Positions 38,280 through 51,990 of a DNA stretch of 64,000 bases are shown in pieces. The stretch is from assembly GCF_001194135.2 (NCBI RefSeq), contig NC_068984.1, positions 95,635,396 through 95,699,395 on the forward strand. Direction: 5' to 3'. Source of the DNA: Octopus bimaculoides (taxonomy: Eukaryota). The first letter of the stretch is position 1; each line of letters starts with the position of its first letter. The notes beneath the pieces are model-generated. The model made no database searches and was not told where the DNA came from. It saw only the letters and a program-made list of their open reading frames with translations. The position numbers and the translations under genes were made by a program.

Positions 38280-40000
38280 ATTATCATAGTCCACCAGGCA
38301 ATAACACAGGAATTCAAGACAGGATGCCCCTAGGAGCTCCTCTATGCTGATGACCTTGCTCTAATTGCTGAGTCACTATCAGAACTAGAGGACAAGTTTC
38401 GGTGTGGAAGCAAGGATTAGAATCGAAGGGCCTTAGAATCAACCTAGCTAAAACCAAAGTCCTAATAAGTAGGAAGGTAGAAAAATCACAAACACCTTCA
38501 GGTAGATGGCCCTGCTCGATCTGTAGAAAAAGCGTAGGTAGAAACTCTATAAGCTGTACCCAGTGTAAGCTATGGACATATAAGAGGTGCAACAATGTCA
38601 AAGGAAGGCTAACTAGGAAGATAGTTGTTGTATGTAGCAGATGCTCAGGAGCAATAAACACTGAAAATGTGCAGGGAACAACTGCCACATTCCAGGGAGA
38701 AAAACTAGAAGTAGTTGATAGCTTCCGTTACCTAGGTGACCAAGTCAGTAGCGGGGGAGGGTGCACTGAAAGTGTAGCTGCTAGAATAAGAATAGCCTGG
38801 GCAAACTTCAGAGAGCTCTTATCTCTGCTGGTGACAAAGGGCCTCTCTCTCAGAGTAAAAGGCAGACTGTATGACGCATGTGTACGAACAGCCATGCTAC
38901 ATGGCAGTGAAACATGGGCCGTGACTGCTGAGGACATGCATAAGCTCGCAAGGAATGAAGCCAGTATGCTCTGATGGATGTGTAATGTCAGTGTGCATAC
39001 TTGACAGAGAGAAAAGTTGGAAGCTCAAGTTGTGTGCAAGAGAGACGATTGCGCTAGTATGGTCATTTGGCGAGAATGGATGAGGATAGCTGTGTGATAA
39101 AGTGCCACAGCCTAGCGGTTGAGGGTACCTGTGGAACAGGTAGGCCCAGGAAGACCTGGGATAAGGAAGACCTGGGTGAGGAAGACCTGGGATGAGGAAG
39201 ACCTGGATGAGGAAGACCTGGGTGAAGCACGACCTTCGAACATTAGGCCTCACCGAGGCAATGACTAGTGACCGAGACCTTTGGAAATATGCTGTGCGTG
39301 AGAAGACCTGGCAAGACAAGTGAGACCATAACCCGTGGCCTTTACCAGGAGTGTAGCCAGCCTACTAATGCGTACCTTTCCTTCTTTGGACACAAATCCC
39401 TGCTTGCAAAGACCTGTTGAAGCAAGTGAAATCGGAACCGAAATCAAACCAAATTCGACAACTGGCACCCATGCCAACCTTCCTTCACTGAACTCTGCTT
39501 GCGAAGAACTGTTGGGGCAAGTGAAATCATAACTGAATCAAATTCGATGACTGGCACCCATGCCAGTGGAGCGCTAACAGCACCATCCGAGCGGGATCAC
39601 TGCCAGAGCAGCGATCTGGCTTCTGTGCCAGTGGCCCATGTAAAAAGCACCATTTGAACATGATTGTTACCAGCGTCGCCTTACTGACACTTGTGCCGGT
39701 GGCATGTGAACAAAACATTCGAGTGAGGTCGTTGCCAGCACCGCTAGACTGACTCCTGTGCAAGTGGCACGTAAAAATACCATTTGAGCATGGCCGTTGC
39801 CAGTACCACCAGACTGGCCCTTGTGCCGGTGGCATGTAAAAGCACCCACTACACTCTCAGAGTGGTTAGCGTTAGGAAGGGCATCCAGCTGTAGAAACTC
39901 TGCCAGATCAGATTGGAGCCTGGTGCAGCCATCTGGTTCGCCAGTCTTCAGTCAAATCGTCCAACCCAAGCTAGCATGGAAAGCAGACGTTAAACGATGA
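38280..40000 (+). mobile_element. RTE-clade LINE family A, 5'-truncated, long 3' UTR, (ATG)n tail
   Basis: ELLYADDL, GLRINLAKTKVL, PHD-like Cys cluster, FRYLGDQV and LHGSETW. Ends gttaaacgatgatgatgat. Confidence 0.93.
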
Positions 40001-40249
40001 TGATGATATATAAACATATACATATATATATATATATATATATAAATATATACATATAAACAATACAACAATACAAACACAATATGAACCATTCAACTAC
40101 TCACAAGGAAACCTAAACCCCAGGAATGGAAATAGGCCCAACAAACATAGAAGATGGGAAGAAAACAACTACCACAGACAAAACAACACATACAGACCAT
40201 ATAGACCATTCCTGCCTCTACAAGAAAACCTAAAACCTGAAAATGGAAT

Positions 40250-42524
40250 TTGGAGACGCAACAACACAACCTCTTTTTTTGGGAAAGGATACTTCAACCA
40301 TACTCCAGACCCAACACACCAAAAATTTTGAATGAACACACGAAACACATAGACCCCAAAATAATAAACCTATCTAAAAGAGAACTTAGCGAAAATGAAA
40401 TGAACCTACTACTAAAAGGCCTCAAATTTACACCCACACCAAATCTCATAGAACTAAAAACTGAAAACTTTAGCCGCCATCTCCGCCTTATGAAATTCTT
40501 TGAAAATAAGGAAACAGAAAATAGCTCAATCATAAGAAAAAATTCCCATTTCACCCCTCACAAGGGATGGGACAAACACCTAGACACATACACAGAGACA
40601 ATCTCCAAATTCCCTCTCAACACACATAAATGCAAACAGAACCTCTGCAGAGGAGAAAAACAAGCCTTACAAATACTAAAAAATGACAAGTCGGTCATTT
40701 TAAAAGAAGCTGACAATTATAATTATGGATACAGATTACTACAAAGAAAAGATACTGGAGATATACTACAAAGAGGAATCAACACAACCGGAGAAAGCAA
40801 CATTAAAAAAAATTGGAACATTAATCAATGAATACCAGAACTTCTTTACAGACAAGGAGAAAGACTATTTATGCAACTCAAGAACCAAAGAAAGCAACTT
40901 TTATGGATTACCTAAAATTCATAAAAGCTCGGAAATACAGAGAGCCACAAATGAACACAGGAACCATTATATAAGAATACAAAGGCCTGCAGACCTCACA
41001 ATGTGACCCATAGTTGTAGGACCCCAAGCACCAACACAGCAACTAAGCTACTTCATAGATGTACTCCTCAAACCTTTATGCCCACTGATACCAAGCTACA
41101 TAAGGGATGACATAGACTTCTTCACACACAATCCAAATACAGTTCCGGAAAACACCATACTTGCAAGCTTCGGTGTCACAAACTTATACACGAACATACC
41201 ACACACCCTGGGTCTGGAAGCGATAAAATACTGGGTAGAAAAATACAGGGAACTCATAGATAAACGTTTCAAAACAGACTTTATCACCAAAGCCAACCAA
41301 TTAATACTTGAAGAGAACACATTCTCATTTAACAACAAGTCATACCGACAGATAAAGGGCACGGCTATGGGTACAAAATTCGCACCTTCATATGCCATCC
41401 TAGTGATGGGTTTCCTTGAGAACAAACTATACGATGAAATAGGGAATGTCTTCGAACACAACTTCAGAGAAGACATCAAGAAAAAGTGGAAACACTACCT
41501 CGATGACTGTTTCATTTTTGGAACAGATCAGAAGATCTACGAACATTCCACAACATCCTCAACACACTGCACCCATCTATCCACTTCACAATAGATACCA
41601 ACTACAACGAACTTCTCTTCCTAGACATCAACATCAAGATACACAACTCCATCGTTACAACAGACATCTACTACAAAAAAACTGACACACATCAATATTT
41701 AAATTTCTACTCCTGCCACCCATCCCACATAAAAAGAAACATTCCATATAGTATAGCAAGACGCATATGCAGCATAGTGACTGACTCACAGACAAACCAA
41801 ATAAGACAAGATGAACTTAAAAACTTCCTACTAGAACAAAAATACCCACTCACCTTAATAAAAAATGCAATCTCAAGAGCAATGAAATTGGACATCACAA
41901 CTCAGAACTCCAAAAAAGAAAAACAAAGAAAACATCATCCTTTTCGTAAACACACACAACCCTGCAATCACCAACATGTTTCACATTATACATTCAAACT
42001 TACCAATAATACTACAAAGCCCCAAAATGGGAAACCTACTAAACAAATATTGCATAAAAAACTTAAAGAAACACCTAACATGAGCAAAATTCTCATCAGA
42101 GAATAAAACCGAATTCTTCGTGAAAGAGTGTGGAGATGGTAGATGTGGAACCTGCAGTAAACCCATCTACAAATATATAGAGGGGAACAAACAAATAAAA
42201 TTTAAGAGTGGTCACACATTCAAAGTAAATGCAGACATGGATTGCAAGACACGGAACGTAATATACTGCATAACCTGCCCCGCATGCAAGGAGAATTATA
42301 TAGGCGAAACTGGACCTTTTTTATGCCAACGAGCCAGAATTCACCGACAACATGTCCGACAGAAGGAACTACGAAAGATTCCACTGAGTGAACACTTAGA
42401 AGCATGTGAAGAAGGAAAATTTAAGATCTTTCCCTTCTATAAATGCCCAAGGAATGACTCCTCCTTCAGGAAAAATATGGAGAAATACTTCATAACAAAA
42501 TTCTCAGCCAAACTGAATGGCTGA
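40250..42524 (+). mobile_element. Penelope-like retroelement (RT + GIY-YIG), frameshifted
   Basis: KGLKFTPTP, FYGLPKIHK, GTAMGTKFAPSYA, KHYLDDCF, FLDINI and NVIYCITCPACKENYIGET motifs. Confidence 0.93.
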
Positions 42525-42544
42525 AAACATGAAAATCACAAAGG

Positions 42545-45500
42545 TGCCTCAACCTCAACGCGTGCCTGCGCATCATCAACCAAGGCATCCCTAAACCTCC
42601 CTTTAACGGTTCCTGACAACAGATAGAGTGCCTCAGAAGTGGCTTCGAGCCCCTCCACAAAAAGTGGAAGAGCTGTCTTTCCAACTTGGTTTACCACAAA
42701 TCTGGGCAAGGCATGACGGTCAGGTAATAACTGATGCGATAAACACATTGGCTACCTCCGCTCTCCCTTTCAGGGACAGACTTCGCCAAGACCAAGTCTT
42801 GGCTATACCGGCCACCCTGCTTGAGACCTCTGCCCAGTTCTTCTCCACCTGGAGGTTTGGACCAAACCAAACCAAACTCCCAGCAACTTAACCGGTTCCT
42901 CCATCCAGCAGCCTACAACTTTTTCGCTAATACCTTGGCCAAAATCTTCACTTCTGTATTTAGCAGAGTGATGGGCCTAAAGTTTTCTAAACAATCCCTC
43001 TTGCTCAGGTCCTTCCTGACTAGTGTCACCACTCCCCAGCGCACAGATCTGGGGATCCACCCATTCTGTTGCCAGTTCGTGTACACACCAGCCAACAGAT
43101 GTCCGAACAAGTCTGGCATACTTTTATATAATTCATAGGGTAGGCCATCAAGTCCCGGCGATTTGCCCTTACCACAGTTCGCCAATGCCTCAATTATCTC
43201 CCCAGGCGTGATCGGCCCCCTCACAAGCCTCCGCATTCGGCCCTGAGAGGCATGGCAGCCCAGCAAAGAAGCCCTCAAGGTCTTCCCCACCACACGGCTC
43301 ACCATCACCCCTGAAAAGCCGCGGAAAGTGCTCCTGAAAGGCCCCACACATCTCCTCAGGTTCATTTACCAGAACGCCTTGAAGGTTTGCCACAGTCTGA
43401 ATAATGGAGTTATTACCCCGTTGAGCCTCCACCACTCGGGCCCATCTAGCAGCTTTTGATTCCTTTGCAACCCATTGCACGTATTTTTACTCTGATAATA
43501 CTTCCCATGTGTTAGCTTTCGAGGTGCTGATTTAATTCCGGTCTCTTAGCCTTCACCTGGTCCGCATTACCATTCCCCATGGCTTTCTCTAGCTCCTTAA
43601 CTAGACCATCGCCTATGCTACGTTCCTTCTTAGCTAAGCCTATACTAAATCTAATTGACTCGTATTCTATGGCTCGCTTAAAGGCGTACCACCATTTATT
43701 ATTAATGATGCTACCTGTTAAAGCCCTTTGAATTATTAACTTGATCCGCTTTCTGTACTCCTCAATCGCCAATAAGGACTTATTGAGTTTCCAGTAGCCA
43801 GATCCCTGTCTATACATATCTACAGTCAGCTCATTTGTGACCATCTTGTGGTCACTGTAGCTGACTGGGTAAAACTGTGGACACTTAACTATATCTTTAT
43901 CTACTTTTCTTATCAATATCCTATCTAGATATGACCTGGAAGACACATCGCTACTAGACCATGTCCACAATGGAGCGTTTGGGTGTTCCAGCCTATACGG
44001 GTCTACCAGCTGAAAGTGGCTGAGCAGATCCCAAAAGCCAGGATTTGCTGTTTTGTATGTCCGCGAGCCAACACAATCAACACATGCATTGTCAATTGTG
44101 TTGAAGTCACCTAACACAACTAAAGAATGCGACGTAGCAAGGAATTTCCTGAGGTCACGGAAATATTGCCTCTGTAAACCAGTTGAAATGGGTGCATTAA
44201 TTTGCGACCAACCTGACTGTCTTACCACAACTGGATGTCAAATCCAGGACAACCAGCTTGCCTTCTTGATCAATAAAAACAGACTTTACCTCAGGAACCC
44301 GGTCTCTTTTTATTAAGACCAACACCCCACCCCCACCTCCTGGCCAAGATGGAGAGACGTATCTCTCATAGCTGCTCAAGAGGGGGAGCAGATCTCTTGG
44401 CCTGCTTATCCGAGTTTCTGTGGCAGCAATCACATCTAAATTCCGCAACCTGATGTCATTGAGGAAGCGCCCTTGCTTCCAACTTGATGACAGGCCACAT
44501 ACATTTATACATCCAATGTGAACAGCCATAAGAGTCTTACCTTAGCTGGTGTCTGGAGGTAGGGAAACCCCTGCCTTTTCCATTCCATCTGAGGCTTGTG
44601 GTGTTGGAGATATAAGACTCTCAGACATATTTGGTACATAGTCCAGTCTGGGGGCTCCGACATCTTCTCTGAAGTCGTTTGAAAATATGTTAAATATTTT
44701 TCGAGTCGTTTTATATATCACTTTACCATTTTTTGTCTCAATTTTCTTAAGTTTACTTTTTTGACAGTTGCCAGGCGGTTTGAAAGCTCTCTGTTTGCTG
44801 TTCGAACCACCATGTAGCAACTGTCGTTTTTCTTGAGTTCCCGCTTTTTTGTCCTTTTTGGTTCCAGTTTGGTTTTCGTTGGGGAGGATGGCTTCAATTT
44901 TCTTTTACTGGTCACTGCAGTCTAACGCTCTCCAGCTTTCTCCACTGGTGCTGCTTCTGGTTCCTTCAGTTTCTCCTCCGCTGCTTCTTGGCTGGTTGCT
45001 TTTTCGGTTTCATTCTGTTTGCAATCCACCCTAAGGTGGCCCTTCTTCCCACACTGGAAGCAACGAGGCTGGCGACCTTCCACTGACACAACCAGTCGTG
45101 TCTCGTCAACCTCAAAACTTTCAATTATGTCTTCCAGTGTGGCCTGTTCTGCCTGTATTATTATTTTTAAGGCCTGTCCATACTACAGGCGTGGCTCAAT
45201 CACGGTGGCATCCAAGACAGTTAACCTATCCTCTAAACCCATTGTCACCGCCGCAAGGAGCCACTCTGGGTCCACCTCAGGGGGAATATTGTTAATTGTG
45301 ATTTTGGATGTTCTCCTACCCATATACAGTAGTAGGAGAACCACATTCTCGGTCTTCAGCGACTCCACAGAATGGAGTCAGGCAGCTTCTTCTGACTCCA
45401 TTCTTACCTCAATTGTTGCATACCGTTAGCCTCTGGCAATGTAGGTAATTTTTTGCCAAATTGGCTTGAGGCACTTTTCAATTTCTGCTTCCGTGACATA

Positions 45501-45800
45501 GTCAATTTTTTTTTTCTCTGATGTTATAGGTTTTGTAGATGATTGTCTCTTTTTCAATTGTCTCCAGAAAACTTTGGCGAGGTGTTGCAATAATGCCGTG
45601 CCCCTCCCTTTTCATCATCTGTTTGTGTTTCTCGGTGCTGTTCAAGTTGACTTTTTTTAGCTTGGCACCAGTCACCGCTGCTAAGTCTAGCTTTTTCTTT
45701 GCCATTTTCTCCTTCTCAATTTCCGTGGTATCCTTCGTCTTCAGGCTTTTCACATCAATATTTTTCTTCGTAGTTGCTGGTTGTTGTTTTCTCGGATTGA
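42545..45800 (-). mobile_element. Tx1/L1-like LINE: ORF1 plus ORF2 (APE, partial RT), internally deleted and 3'-truncated
   Basis: ORF1 knuckle RPRCFQCGKKGHLRVDC. ORF2 starts MAVHIGCINVCGL (44529) and contains VLGDFN, YLDRILI, SDHKMV, KSPGLDGLP and FRPITLLN. Same family as 9890-13373. Confidence 0.92.
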
Positions 45801-45839
45801 TGTCAATAAACTTAAGATTCCGTCAGTATGCAGTGAGTT

Positions 45840-48330
45840 TGTGTGAGTGAGATAAATAATTTGTCCTGTGATGGAACCTGGAAGTCATTCAAAGAAAGAG
45901 TGTACAAGATTTGTAGTAACATTCTTGGCTTTATTGTAAAAAAACACCGAGATTGGTTTGATGATAATGATGAAGAAGTTAATCTCATCTTACTGGAGAA
46001 GCGAAAGGCATTTAACATGTTGTAAAATGTTGACATATCAACGAACAGGACAGTGGCTACATATTTCAAGGCTGTAAAAGCAACAGTGCAGAGGAAGCTA
46101 CGGATGATGCAGGAAAATTGGTGGAGTGATAGGTACAAGGAAATCCAAGAAGCTTCAAATGCTAACAACTCCAAGCTTTTTTACTCTCTCTCGGAAAAAG
46201 TTTATGGACCAGTTTCATCAAAGGTTGCACCACTTCGGGGCAAGGATGGCACAGAATTATTAACAAATCCTAAAGATATTGTTGGGAGATATTTTGATGA
46301 GATGCTCAATAGACCCACTGAAGTTGATCTCTCTTTTCTTGATAATATACCTGAGAGACCAATAAAACATCTTACAGCAGAAGTTCCAAACCTGGCTAAA
46401 ATAAATGCAACAATCAGGAAATTGAACAATGGAAAGGCCCCTGGTATGGATGGACTAGGTGCAGAGATATATAAATATGGTAGTGATCATCTTTGTGCAA
46501 TGTTGACGGTTGTGATTCAGAGGGTTTGGCAAAAGTGAAGAGGTTCCTCCGGATTGGCATGATGCAACTATGGAGATACTATATAAATGTAATGGTGGAA
46601 AGGATGTCTGTGATAATTATCGCGGCATCTGTCTGTTAGCTGTTCCTGGAAAGATCCTTTGTAGAGTAATGCTGGACAGATTGCTTCTGCACATTGCTGA
46701 TGTGCTTCTACCAGAATTGCAATGTGGGTTTAGGGATAGTAGGAGTACTATGGATATGATATTTTCAGCTAGACAGTTGCAAGAGAAGTGCATCGGACAG
46801 GATATGGACTTATGCCAGGTTTTCATTGACCTAACAAAAGCGTTTGATTCTATCAATAGAATTGCACTTTGGGAGATCATAAAAAAGCTAGGATGCCCTG
46901 AAAAATTTGTGAGAATGCTTAGACAATTTCATGACAAGATGGAAGTGAGAGTTAATGTTGGAGGTACCTTATCAGATCCAATTTCTGTAGGAAATGATGT
47001 AAAGCAAGGTGATATTCCTGCTCCTTCACTGTTTGCTATATATTTCGCAATAATCTTTCAAATAGCTATTAAAGATTGCCCTGAAGGGGTCTATATAAGA
47101 TATAGGACAACAGGAATACTGTTCAATCTCAAAAGACTCTGTGCCAAAACGAAAGTTCTGCATTCTCACCTTGTTGAGTTTCTGTATGCAGATGATTGTG
47201 ACCTGTTGGCACATTCTCAGAAAGATATGCAGCACATGGTGAATGCGATTTCTGCAGCATGTGCAGCATTGGGTCTAACAATCAATCTAAAAACAAACTG
47301 TTATAATGTACCAGCCAGCTTCCTCCAAGATGTATATGGAACCTTTTATAACTGTGAATGGTCAAAAGTTGCAGACTGTACCTAGATTTATTTATTTAGG
47401 AAGTACCTTGAGCACTGCTGGTCTTGCTGATGAAATTTCATACAGAATCAGTAGGGCTAGTAGTGCTTTTGATAGGCTTGTAGGCATCTGTGGAAACAAT
47501 ATATCTTCACAAATTAAAGTTAAGATATATAACACATGCGTCCTCCCATCTTTGCTATATGGAAGTGAGGCATAAGTTGTTTACCATAGGTAGGTAAGGC
47601 AATTGGAACGATTTCATCAATACTGTCTGAGAAAAATTTTGGAGATAAACTGGAAAATGTGGAGGTGCTTGAGAGGAGTGGTAGTAGAAGTATAGAGTCA
47701 ATGATTTTGCAAAGACGTTTGAGGTGGGGGGGGACATTTGGTAAGGATGAGTGATGAGCGACTGCCCAAGCAGTTATTGTCTGGTGAACTGGAAGATGGC
47801 AGGAGACCAATGCATAAGACTAAACTAAGGCTTAAGGATTGCTTTAAAAATACTCTAGTACAGACAGGAATTGCAGCTGGTAATTGGGAGAGGGAGGCAC
47901 AAGACCATGATGGATGGAGGAAGATAGTGCATGATGGTTGTTCGAGGTTTGAGAGGGAGAGAGTGAAGTATGAGAGAATTGGGAGGGCACTTAGGAGGGG
48001 GAACCTATGGAAAATGAGTTTTGCTTTTTATGTGTGTGGTTTGTGGGCGGAGGTGTTTGAGTCGTGCAGGCCTGGTGAGCCATCAACATTTTCATAGAAA
48101 CCGACCCATGATAAACAATGATGTAGCTATTAAAATTCATAACAGAACGTGTGTAAAATGTGGAAGGGTGTACCTCTCAGTTGGAGGTCTAAAAAGACAT
48201 GTTAAGAGAGTGCATATGGTGGCACCTGTTTCTCCTACTAGCCAGCACAGTTGTCTAGTATGTAATAAAATGTGTAAAAGCTTGGCCAGGCTTAAAAGTC
48301 AATATAAGGGCATCACATGACAACAATTAT
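45840..48330 (+). mobile_element. RTE-clade LINE family C (RT plus C-terminal C2H2 fingers), 5'-truncated
   Basis: KAPGMDG, NYRGICLL, FIDLTKAFDS, VKQGDIPAP, FLYADDC and FIYLGS, followed by Cys/His finger motifs at about 48030-48310. Confidence 0.92.
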
Positions 48331-48388
48331 GAATCATTTCAGTAAGTCTTCTTGGCAATGGCTTTTCTCATGTAACAAGGATGCAGCT

Positions 48389-48419
<31 letters not shown>

Positions 48420-48425
<6 letters not shown>

Positions 48426-51370
48426 TCATCGTCATCATTTAATGTCCGCTTTTCATGCTAGCATTGGGTTGGACAATTTGACTGAGGACTGGCAAGCCAG
48501 AAGGTTGCACCAGGCTCTAATCTGATCTGGCAGAGTTTCTACAGCTAGATGCCCTTCCTAACGCCAACCACTCCGAGAGTGTAGTGAGTGCTTTTACGTG
48601 CCACCAGCACAAGGGCCAGTCACACGGTACTGGCAACAGCCACGCTCAAAATGGTGTTTTTTACGTACCACCTGCATGGGAGCCAGTCCAGCGGAACTGG
48701 CAACGACTTCGCTCGAATGATTTTCTAACGTGCCACCAGCACAAGTGCTAGAAGGCGACACTGGTAATGATCATGCTCAAATGGTGCTATTTACGGGCCA
48801 CTAGCACAGAAGCCAGACAGCTGCTCTGGCAATGAACATGCTCGACAGTGCTGTTAGTGCTCCACTGGCGCAGTGACCAATCATCAAGTATGGTTCAATT
48901 TCGAGTTTAGTGTCCAATGAAGTAAAGATACAGATTAGTGAGCTGGCTCACAGATTATGCTCTCACTTGCCTTGCCGGGTCTTCTCACATACAGCATATT
49001 TCCAAAGGTCCTGGTCGCTGNNNNNNNNNNNNNNNNNNNNNNNNNNNNNNNNNNNNNNNNNNNNNNNNNNNNNNNNNNNNNNNNNNNNNNNNNNNNNNNN
49101 NNNNNNNNNNNNNNNNNNNNNNNNNNNNNNNNNNNNNNNNNNNNNNNNNNNNNNNNNNNNNNNNNNNNNNNNNNNAACTGGCAACGACTTCGCTCGAATG
49201 ATTTTCTAACGTGCCACCAGCACAAGTGCTAGAAGGCAACGCTGGTAACTATTACGTTCTAAAGGTGCTATTTACGGTCACCAGCACGGAAGCCAGACAG
49301 CTGCTCTGGCAATGAACATGCTCGACAGTGCTGTTAGTGCTCCACTGGCGCAGTGACCAATCATCAAGTATGGTTCAATTTCGAGTTTAGTGTCCAATGA
49401 AGGAGAGGTTGGTATGGGTGCCAGTCATCGGATTCGGTTCGATTTCGATTTCAGATTCAAATTTCAAATACCAAATTCCAAATTCACTTGCCTCAACAGG
49501 TCTTTGCAAGCAGGGTTTTTAGTGTCCAATGAAGTAAAGATACAGATTAGTGAGCTGGCTCACAGATTATGCTCTCACTTGCCTTGCCGGGTCTTCTCAC
49601 ATACAGCATATTTCCAAAGGTCCTGGTCGCTGGTCATTGCCTCGGTGAGGCCTAAGGTTCAAAGATCGTGCTTCACCACCTCCTCCCAAGTCTTCCTGGG
49701 TTTACCACTTCCACAGGTTCCCTCAACTGCTAGGGTGTGCCACTTTTTCACACAGCTATCCTCATCCATTCTTGCCACATGTCCGTACCAGCGCAATCGT
49801 CTCCCTTGCACACCACAACAGATGCTTCTTAGGTCTAACTTTTCTCTCAAGGTACTTACACTCTTTCCAGTGTGCACACTTACATTACACATCCATTGGA
49901 GCATACTGGCTTCGTTTCTTGCAAGCTTACACATGTCCTCAGCAGTCACGGCCCATGTTTCACTGCCATGTGACATGAGTCATACAGTCTACCTTTTACT
50001 CTGAGTGAGAGGCCCTTTGTCACCAGCAGAGGTAAGAGCTCTCTGAACTTTGCCCAGGCTATTCTTATTCTAGCAGCTACACTTTCAGTGCACCCTCCCC
50101 CGCTACAAACTTGGTCACCTAGGTAGCGGAAGCTATCAACTACTTCTAGTTCTTCACCGTGGAGTGTGGTAAAGGTTGTTTTCTGCACATTCTCAGTGTT
50201 TATTGCTCCTGAGCATCTGCCACATATAAAAACTATCTTCCTAGTTAGCCGTCCTTTGATATTGCTGCACCTCTTGTGTCCATAGCTTACACTTATGGAG
50301 TTTCTACTTACGCCTTCTCTACAGATCGAGCAAGGCCATCTACCTGAAGTTTTGTCTACCTTCCTACTTATTAGGACTTTGGATTTAGCTAGGTTGATTC
50401 TAAGGCCCTTCGATTCTAGTTCTTGCTTCCACACCTGAAACTTCTCCTCTAGTTCTGATAGTGACTCAGCAATTAGGGCAAAGTCATCAGCATAGAGGAG
50501 CTCCCAGGAAATTCCTATCTTAAATTCCTGTGTTATTGCCTGGAGGACTATGATAAATAGGGGGGGGGTGCTGAGGACTGAACCTTGGTGGACCCTTACC
50601 TCTACCCGGAATTCTTCACTGTACTTGTTGCCAACGCTCACCTTACTGACAGCGTCCCTGTACATGGCTTGCACAGCTCTCACTAACCACTCTTCTATCC
50701 CTAGTTTCTTCATTGACCACCAGATAAGGGATCGAGGGACCCTGTCAAAGGCTTTCTCCATGTCAACGAAAGCCAGGTACAGAAGTTTATCTCTGGCTAG
50801 GTATTTCTCCTGCAGCTGTCTTACCAGGAATATAGCATCAGTGGTGCTTTTTCCTGGAAGGAACCCAAACTGCATCTCATCTAAACTGACTCTCTCCCTT
50901 CATTACCTGGTCCAACATCTTAATACCTCTGTAATTGTTTGTGTCTAGAGCGTCACCTTTACCTTTGTAGAAGTTGACTATGATGCTGCTACACCAGTCA
51001 TTGGGCATGACTCCTTCGTGTATCACCTGATTAACTATATGGGTCATTAGGCTATAGCTGACACTGCCAGATATTTTGAGCATCTCTGCAGTGATTCCTG
51101 ATGGGTCGGGGGCTTTCTCTGTCTTCATACTCTTGATCGCTTCATCTACTAAGGTACTGTCAATTAGGATAGCTGGTCCCTCTGTTGGGTCGGCATGCGG
51201 CAGACTCTCTTCCTCCCATTCATTCTCTTTATTAAGCAGCCTTTCATAGTGGCGTCTCCAGACCTCTCTCTTTGCAGCCTTGTTTAGTGCAAGTGAGTCA
51301 TCATCCAAGCGGACACATTTCTCACCTACAATATCACGATTCTCTCTCACACACTGTCTTGCAACACGAA
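48420..51370 (-). mobile_element. RTE-clade LINE family A, 5'-truncated
   Basis: KAPDPSG, NNYRGIKML, QFGFLPGKSTTDAIF, FVDMEKAFDRVP, LLYADDF and FRYLGDQV. (ATG)n tail at about 48420. Confidence 0.93.
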
Positions 51371-51689
51371 ATACTTCAAGTCTTTGGTCCAGATCAAGTC
51401 TTGGGAATAAGTATCCTACTCATTTTGCTTATTTTGTTTTATCTTTGGTAATATTGGATGAAAATTTGAGTCAAGATGTATTGTCTGTTTATATTCCATT
51501 TGAAAATTTACAGCAGTGAATTCATTACGAAACCTTTCCTTTTCATTTTATCACTATCGTTTTTCATTTAACTTTTTCTTACAGCGACCTCATCATTTTC
51601 ATTCTATTTGAAAAAATTATGGTAGCCAATTCATGACAAAACCTCTTTCTTTTCACTATCATTTTTTCACAGCGGCCCTCTCGATTTGT

Positions 51690-51990
51690 ACCTTTTGTTT
51701 TTCTTTTTCTTTCTTATCTTCATTACCTGCTCCTCCCCTCTCTCTTTCATACCTTCCTCTTCCTCTCTCCTTTCCTTTCATATCTTCCTCCTTTTCCCAC
51801 TTCTCTCTCCCTCCCTTTGTCTCTCTTTACACCTACCTCTCTCCCATATCTTCCTCCTTTTCTCATCTCTCTCCCTCATTCTGTCTCTCCCTCCATCTAC
51901 TGCTCTCCCTCTCTGTTTCATACCTCCCACTTTTTCTTTCCTCTCCCTCCCTTTCATATCTTCCTCTTTTTCTCACTTCTTTCTACTGCT
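51690..51990. repeat. Polypyrimidine low-complexity tract
   Basis: CT-rich degenerate repeats. Confidence 0.8.

Noticed and set aside
39480-39900. Recurring TGCCAG/GGCACGTAAAA motifs with spacers, superficially CRISPR-like
   Set aside because: Degenerate internal repeats of the RTE 3' UTR, present in other copies, in a eukaryotic context with no cas genes
48697-49632. Direct duplication of RTE 3' UTR (about 48697-49020 vs 49177-49632)
   Set aside because: Near-identical copies sit on both sides of an N gap, so this is most likely an unmerged overlap or haplotype artefact
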